A DNA stretch of 64,000 nucleotides. Source: Eledone cirrhosa. Lineage: Eukaryota. Numbering within the stretch: the first letter of the stretch is position 1; each line of letters opens with the position of its first letter. The notes under the pieces were generated by a model that was given only the letters and a program-made list of their open reading frames with translations, was not told the origin of the DNA and searched no databases. This document shows, piece after piece, positions 54,934 through 64,000 of the stretch. The translations under genes and the position numbers were made by a program. Location: assembly GCA_964016885.1 (NCBI GenBank), contig OZ024740.1:335358001-335422000 (forward strand). Direction: 5' to 3'.

Positions 54934-57900
54934 CATACATACATGCATACATATGTACATATTGGGTTGTACTAAAAGGATCGGTAAATAAGATATATCA
55001 TGACATGTGAGATAGAATTACTTATTCTGCATGCAGCTCAGTGGTTGATGTTGCTGCTGCCTAACTGCAATTAGATTGTCTGATTGTAATTGAACATGAC
55101 TGTATAGTTGTATATATGTGATAGGTACACACACACATACCACGCACACATACATATATATATATACATGCATATATGTAACATATATATACATACATAT
55201 GTGTGTATGTATATGTTTGTGTAAGTATATATACATATATACATATATATATGTGTGTAAGTATGTATGTGCACATACATATTATGGGGCTCAAGTTGGG
55301 GTACGTTGGTGTACACTGTGCATGGTATAATAGTTAAGGTGTTATTCACACGAACATCCACATCTGGGTTCAATTGCTTGACTGTGTGGTATATTGAGTC
55401 CCTAAGCAATGCATTTCATTTCATGTTTTTCCAGTCCACTCCTCCGAAAATATGTACAAGATGCGTCGTGGAATTGACCTCACAATGGACTGTAGTCTTG
55501 TGGTGTGACTCGTTTACATCACATGGAATCAGGATTAATAAACCCAAGAAAGATTTTTTAAGTATGTTATATTTTGGAATGAGAATACTCACATTTATTA
55601 CTGACTAAGTGTCATAGCAAAGTATCGGAATAAAACACTCTAACTTTTATTTGAACGTGAGTATAAATGGCGATGAATGTAATTTTGGATATTTTATTAA
55701 GAATGAGATATTCTATTATTGGAAAGCGGAATTTAATTGTTTTAGTGACGAGGATGAAGATAAGGTTTCATAAATAGCAACTAATGTTGTCTTCGTTGTT
55801 TTATTCGATGTTCTAGATTCAACACGCCGATTCAACACGTCGTTTCCTTTTTAAAACAGTAGGTTATGATTTCAGAGATGCTATTTGGAGCAGAATGAGC
55901 TGGCGCCTTAAAGAATAACTTTCAAGACGCAGATACATTGTTTCAAAAGTCACAGAGATGACTTCATGTTAATATTTTACAGTATGAGTTAGCAGGACTA
56001 TGCCTGTTGCTCATTTCGATTGATGGAGACAAGTGCCATATGTCGGAAGATGAGGTGAAAGGTTTTTCTAGTTCTGGTGAGGAATAATTGGTGAAATTGT
56101 ATAGTATAAGGTTGATTATAGAGAAGAGGGACACATGGCAGATGGATGTCTCTGATGGGACAGTGATTAAGTCTAATAATTCAAGAAAGCAGGAACCTCG
56201 TGATAGTATTAGAACATACTGTTACAGATCTAGAGGGTTTTGCAGTTGATATTTTAACCTAAACTCAAGCATAATCACGTAGACCACTGATTAGAAACAT
56301 TACTGTCATGGCCATGTTTTTAGAGGAATCGGGGATTGTAGGGTCGATTTGAGGCAAATTTAACTGTTTTTTTTTTGTGTTTAAGTAACTACGTAGAAGC
56401 CCTTTCGTTGGGAGTGGGCTAAGCAAATGTGTGTTTAGTTGATATTTCTTGTAACAGCCAACGTTAAGATGTGTTACAAATTACACAATTAGTATATCGA
56501 TATATGACTCCCGTACGGATGTGTGGTAGTACAACAAATAGAAATAGCTGATAATGTGCTCACCTGGTAGAGTAAGTGATGCTTGTCGTATATCCAAATG
56601 TGATAATATGAAACATGAGAGAAAGACAATGCAATTGCAATACTATACTCACACATTTATCCACATGCAATTTCACACCAGATGTTCACTGTTTCACAGC
56701 CTACTACTCTAGAATGTGTATTAAACACGAAAACACGCTCAATAAACATATCTTTGATCAAGATTCGAGTTTGTCCCACTTTAAAGATATTGTTCCTATA
56801 TGTGGGTCAATAATGGCGGTATACGCATGACCATCCAAAATGAGGAGATGTGACCTATTTTATTTTCCAAGATTTATTAGCTCACATACAGGCCGATTCT
56901 TCTTTCTGCCTTTTTCTATCGCTACTCGAATAAATTATGCGCCGCCGAGATACTGATGATGACGATTATGGTAGCAATTTTAGTAAATTTAGTCGCATAA
57001 AGTTTCACAAGAAATATACTTTGCAGCTCGTTCCTCAACCACGTTAGAGGCTCACAGATTTTCAGACTAAACACAAAAGACATCAATCGCAACAAGCTGG
57101 AGCGACTGCAAAAAAGATAGTCAAAATAGATAGGAGAACATTGCCTATCTTGTAAATACTTGCATTCTCCCTGTACATGTATAACAATGCAGTTCAAATT
57201 GTAAATGTAGCTTCATTTATTAGGCATCAACATTTTTGTTCAACTTTCTTCATCACCTCTCTTATATAACATGAAAAAATCTACACAAACAAGCTTAGAT
57301 GCTTTCTTTAATGCCAGAATCTACATGAGCTTTGATCAGTTGATGTTTGTATGTAAGAGTCGATAAACTTAAACGGCTTTTAGCAGACGTTACATTCAGT
57401 CCATCTTCCCGCTTTAAGAATAAATTCTTCCGTTCTTGTATTAATGATGGATATGGGCGCTGTTTATATCCTTTCGAGAAGATACGCAGATATCTACTTT
57501 GGAGGAGCAAGAGGCATTGTAGTTGCGAGAAACACATAACAATTATGTGCCATTATGCTTATAATAATTTAGTATGGGAATATTTACAAAACAAACCAAT
57601 CAAATGGTTTCAATATTCTATTCTCTGACTCAGCTATAACATACATTAGATTAAGGATAACTGCTCCTAGATAGTGCTATCATTTCATACATGAATATAT
57701 AGACTGCATCCCGATCATTTGGTCTCTCCTCTTGGAAACATAAAAGCTGCCCATCTACTCCAACAACGCGACATCTGTAGCTATGGCATCTCTCTTCTAA
57801 TCTGTTGTATTTCACACACTAGATTCCTAAATACAATACATTCTCCAACCTTCCTCCTTCAAATATACATAGCTCTCTTCACATATATATATACATATCA

Positions 57901-57976
57901 TGAAACATATCTGCTGCAAAGGTCACGACACCTGAACTATTGTTTGTACAGTTGACCTGTTTGTAGTGGCTGGAGT

Positions 57977-58040
57977 ATACGTCGATGTGTGAAGATACGT
58001 CGATGTATGAAGATACGTCGATGTGTGAAGATACGTCGAT
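57977..58040. repeat. 18-bp minisatellite x3.5
   Basis: Unit ATACGTCGATGTGTGAAG. Confidence 0.9.
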
Positions 58041-58442
58041 AAATAGCTAAGCTGATCCTGATTTCAATTTCCGGATGCACTTCAACGAAATATTTTATTT
58101 TACGTCGCTCCAGCTTGTTCATTTGGAAAAAAAATAATTTGTACTTATAATTCGAAGGGCCAGCCTTGTTACGCATTGTGCCGTTCTGAATCTTCCTGAG
58201 AAATATGTTAAGGGTACACATGTCTGTGAAATTGTCAGCCTCTGTCACATTAATTTTACGAGCAGGTGCTTCTGTTTATTATAAAATAAGACTCCTCGTC
58301 ATCGAGCCCGACAGTGTTACAACAAATGTAGATGTGGTGCAGTATCACGTAAATTGAACAACATAAAATGGTTCAAGTAATTTTAGATGTATGTTATCAG
58401 CGTGTTTCAAAAGCTAGTAATAGTAGCAGCAGCAGCAGCAGG

Positions 58443-58512
<70 letters not shown>

Positions 58513-58723
58513 AAAGAGCAGAGGGTGATTGTTATTGTTGTTATTGTTATTGCTGTTGTTTAACATCAGGTTAAGCTTAATTAAACAGTTCTATGATGAG
58601 ATTCATTTTCATTCCAGCAATAAGAATACTGGGTTTTCCCTTTATACAGAGAATCCAGGAACACCGTATCGAAAATGGTAAGATGTAAATTAAAGGAGAT
58701 TATATAAATATAATTGCATATGT

Positions 58724-58985
58724 GAAGGCACGTGGCTTAGTGGCTAGTGCGTTGGATGCACAATCGAGAGGTTGCGAGTTCGATTCTCCTTGAGAAAGAC
58801 TCTTCATTTCCAGTTGCTCCAGTTTTTTCAGCTGTTGAAATAAGTTGAAACGTCCCTTTCCTTTGACAATGAAAGCGTGGAGTGGAGAAACTTGTATGCA
58901 CGGGCTACTGCTGATCTTCCACAAAATAACCTTGGTCGGATTTGTTCATTGGAGGGAAATTTTATGCAAGATCTATGGTCATTCT
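58724..58985 (+). mobile_element. tRNA-derived SINE (family B)
   Basis: A-box GTGGCTTAGTGG, B-box GAGTTCGATTC, then CCTTGAGAAAGACTCTT core; related to 1388-1568. Confidence 0.75.
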
Positions 58986-59057
58986 TTACAATGTGTATAT
59001 ATATATATATATATATACGATATTAATAAATGGAAACTATATTTATAAAACCATATT

Positions 59058-59122
59058 TATTTCATTATACATATTTCAAGGATACCAAGTTAAATTATGG
59101 TATGCCTTCATCAGACAAAATA
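59058..59122 (-). ncRNA. Type I hammerhead ribozyme
   Basis: Reverse complement of 59390-59454. Confidence 0.82.
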
Positions 59123-59389
59123 CAATATATATCAGTTTTACAAATAAGCATTGACGTACCCTTTCAAAATGCGACCATTACTTTTGGAGGACATCAGGAT
59201 AGTGGTTTGTTTATATTATTTTAGTAAGTATTAGTGTTAAGGACAATTACAAAAGACAATTACAATTGTCCTTAACACTAAGACTTACTAAAATAATACA
59301 AACAAACCACTATCCTGATGTCCTCCAAAAGTAATGGTCGCATTTTGAAAGGGTACGTCAATGCTTATTTGTAAAAGTGATATATATTG

Positions 59390-59454
59390 TATTTTGTCTG
59401 ATGAAGGCATACCATAATTTAACTTGGTATCCTTGAAATATGTATAATGAAATA
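59390..59454 (+). ncRNA. Type I hammerhead ribozyme
   Basis: UAUUUUGU-CUGAUGA-AGG.AUACCA-uaauuuaacu-UGGUAU.CUU-GAAA-UAUGUA-UA-AUGAAAUA. Confidence 0.82.
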
Positions 59455-59725
59455 AATATGGTTTTATAAATATAGTTTCCATTTATTAATATCGTATATC
59501 TACTCCAAATACTTGTCGAGTGCTTTATATCAGTTATAAAAATATTTACTTGCTGTATCCAAACAATTTAAATAGAACTTTTGCATATATATATATATAT
59601 ATTCCAATAATACATAGTTAGATTTTCAGCAGCGGACTGTTGACCACGGTTTTCCCACTCCGAAGGCATTTTACTCGACATTTGATCGACATATGTTAGA
59701 CATTTTCTACGTTTGGATTTCATAC

Positions 59726-59780
<55 letters not shown>

Positions 59781-59877
59781 TATATATCCACAATTAAATG
59801 AAGGGTTGTCATGTCTGAGAGACATTGTGATTGTTCAATATGTTCATTTTATATATATATATGTCAATCTATTTCTA

Positions 59878-60038
59878 GTTGCGGACGCCATGCTTTCCAG
59901 TATAGTTACGTCCCTTTACGGTCTGAGTTCAAATCCCGCCGTGGTTAACTTTGCCTTTCATCCTTACGGGGTCGATAAAATATAGTACCAGTAATGTACT
60001 GGATAATTGCTGGCCTTGTGCCAAAAGTAGAAACAATT
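59878..60038 (+). mobile_element. SINE family A
   Basis: GAGTTCAAATCCCGCC..GCCTTTCATCCTTACGGGGTCGATAAAA..AAAAGTAGAAACAATT. Confidence 0.87.
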
Positions 60039-60257
60039 ATATATATATATATTAGAATGTGTATTAAATATGTTCATACATTAACAGAGTGAGAACGCAA
60101 TAATTGTGTGTAGGATGTATATGTAAATATATATATATATAAATTGAAACAAAATGAAAACGAAATTTCATTTCTCACTCTTAGTATGGCACTTACTTAA
60201 ATGTAAGTATGCATGTATACGTACATACATATATGTATACAGACGTACAGTAGCATG

Positions 60258-60303
<46 letters not shown>

Positions 60304-60457
60304 TACATATGCATACAGGTACACATACATATATGCACGTATCAGTTTAGCGGCGCTAACGTCGCTTTGTTCGTTTGTAAACAAACTGAACAGCCTGAAT
60401 TTATGCCATACGGTGTTAAGGCAACCACGTCACCTTTTTGTTCAACACTGACACAGG

Positions 60458-60502
60458 AACGATGTACTAGTTTCAAGCTTGTTAGCTATCATCAGCACCG
60501 TT
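60458..60502 (-). ncRNA. Type I hammerhead ribozyme, unit 1
   Basis: AACGGUG-CUGAUGA-U-AGCU-aaca-AGCU-U-GAAA-CUAG-UA-CAUCGUU. Confidence 0.9.
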
Positions 60503-60739
60503 TACCCATCTGCCAGATAGTTGAACGTTCGAAAGTATATACTTTCCTTATGAAAATTAACGGCTGAGCAGCCTAATTTGCATATTGAGTGAGTTAAATC
60601 GGTTAGGCATACCGAAAACGATAAATTGAAACAAAATGAAAACGAAATTTCATTTCTCACTCTTAGTATGGCACTTACTTAAATGTAAGTATGCATGTAT
60701 ACGTACATACATATATGTATACAGACGTACAGTAGCATG

Positions 60740-60787
<48 letters not shown>

Positions 60788-60941
60788 TACATATGCATAC
60801 AGGTACACATACATATATGCACGTATCAGTTTAGCGGCGCTAACGTCGCTTTGTTCGTTTGTAAACAAACTGAACAGCCTGAATTTATGCCATACGGTGT
60901 TAAGGCAACCACGTCACCTTTTTGTTCAACACTGACACAGG

Positions 60942-60986
60942 AACGATGTACTAGTTTCAAGCTTGTTAGCTATCATCAGCACCGTT
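60942..60986 (-). ncRNA. Type I hammerhead ribozyme, unit 2
   Basis: Identical motif to unit 1. Confidence 0.9.
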
Positions 60987-61215
60987 TACCCATCTGCCAG
61001 ATAGTTGAACGTTCGAAAGTATATACTTTCCTTATGAAAATTAACGGCTGAGCAGCCTAATTTGCATATTGAGTGAGTTAAATCGGTTAGGCATACCGAA
61101 AACGATAAATTGAAACAAAATGAAAACGAAATTTCATTTCTCACTCTTAGTATGGCACTTACTTAAATGTAAGTATGCATGTATACGTACATACATATAT
61201 GTATACAGTAGCATG

Positions 61216-61261
<46 letters not shown>

Positions 61262-61415
61262 TACATATGCATACAGGTACACATACATATATGCACGTAT
61301 CAGTTTAGCGGCGCTAACGTCGCTTTGTTCGTTTGTAAACAAACTGAACAGCCTGAATTTATGCCATACGGTGTTAAGGCAACCACGTCACCTTTTTGTT
61401 CAACACTGACACAGG

Positions 61416-61460
61416 AACGATGTACTAGTTTCAAGCTTGTTAGCTATCATCAGCACCGTT
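61416..61460 (-). ncRNA. Type I hammerhead ribozyme, unit 3
   Basis: Identical motif to unit 1. Confidence 0.9.
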
Positions 61461-61697
61461 TACCCATCTGCCAGATAGTTGAACGTTCGAAAGTATATAC
61501 TTTCCTTATGAAAATTAACGGCTGAGCAGCCTAATTTGCATATTGAGTGAGTTAAATCGGTTAGGCATACCGAAAACGATAAATTGAAACAAAATGAAAA
61601 CGAAATTTCATTTCTCACTCTTAGTATGGCACTTACTTAAATGTAAGTATGCATGTATACGTACATACATATATGTATACAGACGTACAGTAGCATG

Positions 61698-61747
<50 letters not shown>

Positions 61748-61972
61748 TACATATGCATACAGGTACACATACATATATGCACGTATCAGTTATGCACATA
61801 CATATATGCACGTATCAGTTTAGCGGCGCTAACGTCGCTTTGTTCGTTTGTAAACAAACTGAACAGCCTGAATTTATGCCATACGGTGTTAAGGCAACCA
61901 CGTCACCTCAGCCGTTAATTTTCATAAGGAAAGTATATACTTTCGAACGTTCAACTATCTGGCAGATGGGTA

Positions 61973-62017
61973 AACGGTGCTGATGATAGCTAACAAGCTT
62001 GAAACTAGTACATCGTT
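61973..62017 (+). ncRNA. Type I hammerhead ribozyme, inverted copy
   Basis: AACGGTG CTGATGA T AGCT AACA AGCT T GAAA CTAG TA CATCGTT read directly on the + strand; predicted cut after 62010. Confidence 0.9.
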
Positions 62018-62171
62018 CCTGTGTCAGTGTTGAACAAAAAGGTGACGTGGTTGCCTTAACACCGTATGGCATAAATTCAGGCTGTTCAGTTTGTTTACAA
62101 ACGAACAAAGCGACGTTAGCGCCGCTAAACTGATACGTGCATATATGTATGTGTACCTGTATGCATATGTA

Positions 62172-62217
<46 letters not shown>

Positions 62218-62287
62218 CATGCTACTGTACGTCTGTATACATATATGTATGTACGTATACATGCATACTTATATATATATATATATA

Positions 62288-62426
62288 TATAAATGAGAAA
62301 ACACAGGTAAGCATTAAGAGAAGGATTTTATCCAGGTATTTACGACCGTTTCATTGGTAAGTGCAACCTTATATTGCTATACTGCAAATAGCAGCCACTC
62401 AATTATTATTGTTGTTCACAGTCCAA

Positions 62427-62429
<3 letters not shown>
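62288..62429 (-). repeat. Duplicated 3'-terminal segment of the right-hand PLE
   Basis: Direct repeat of 62765-62908 with about 5 substitutions. Confidence 0.88.
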
Positions 62430-62471
<42 letters not shown>

Positions 62472-62608
62472 GCGAGAGAGAAAGAGTCCCGGTTACAATC
62501 AGGTCTAAACACAGTAAGTAAGGTACTCAGTACATAATGTTTATTATAGAAATGGCTTCTATTGAATGAAAGTTCTAGTGCTGTAGAACTCATTTCTATA
62601 TTAAACAT

Positions 62609-64000
<1,392 letters not shown>

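Larger units (their letters stand above)
59013..59585. mobile_element. Foldback element: ~236-bp inverted arms (59013-59249 / 59263-59499), each with a hammerhead, plus one-sided tail
   Basis: Arms nearly identical (also visible as twin ORFs 59030+ / 59288-); homologous to 12419-13280; (TA)n flanks. Confidence 0.92.
60139..62271 (-). mobile_element. Candidate non-LTR retrozyme: tandem array of ~480-bp hammerhead units plus inverted terminal copy
   Basis: Units start at 60139, 60621, 61105 and 61579 (482, 484, 474 bp, then a partial unit to ~61908); inverted partial unit 61907-62271. Units are near-identical, non-coding and contain an internal (TA)n. Confidence 0.88.

Noticed and set aside
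57937-58248. 103-aa minus ORF with HPEI..IYRRIF, vaguely transposase-like
   Set aside because: Length is inflated by the 18-bp repeat; no catalytic motifs or TIRs seen.
60154-62108. Repeated 116-137 aa ORFs in the tandem array, and a CRISPR-like or plain satellite interpretation
   Set aside because: Frames change with (TA)n length and lie antisense to the HHR; there are no unique spacers; the HHR and inverted end fit a retroelement better.
62335-62430. GAAACGGUCGUA in the PLE terminal repeat as a hammerhead 3' half
   Set aside because: No intact CUGANGA with a matching helix I was found upstream.

Overview
AT-rich eukaryotic intergenic or intronic DNA packed with (TA)n/(CA)n microsatellites and transposon relics. 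The SINE type and microsatellite load suggest an octopod cephalopod (inference). No confident host gene was found, and most ORFs in the track are microsatellite artefacts. Recognisable elements are three Penelope-like retroelements (PLEs) with GIY-YIG endonuclease, a stack of three R4/Dong-type RLE LINE insertions in a (TAA)n tract, an RTE-like LINE relic with a 5' inversion, a non-autonomous Helitron, a deleted Tc1/mariner element, several MITEs and many tRNA-derived SINEs. The main hidden signal is RNA: manual folding finds about 15 type I hammerhead ribozyme (HHR) motifs from roughly 9 non-coding families. The best case is a young tandem array of ~480-bp non-coding units (60139-62271). It has three complete units that each carry an intact HHR, a truncated fourth unit and an inverted HHR-bearing terminal copy, and it lies next to a PLE. 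This is a candidate non-LTR retrozyme expected to release 474-484 nt self-cleaved, possibly circular, RNAs. All folds were read by eye and none were computed.
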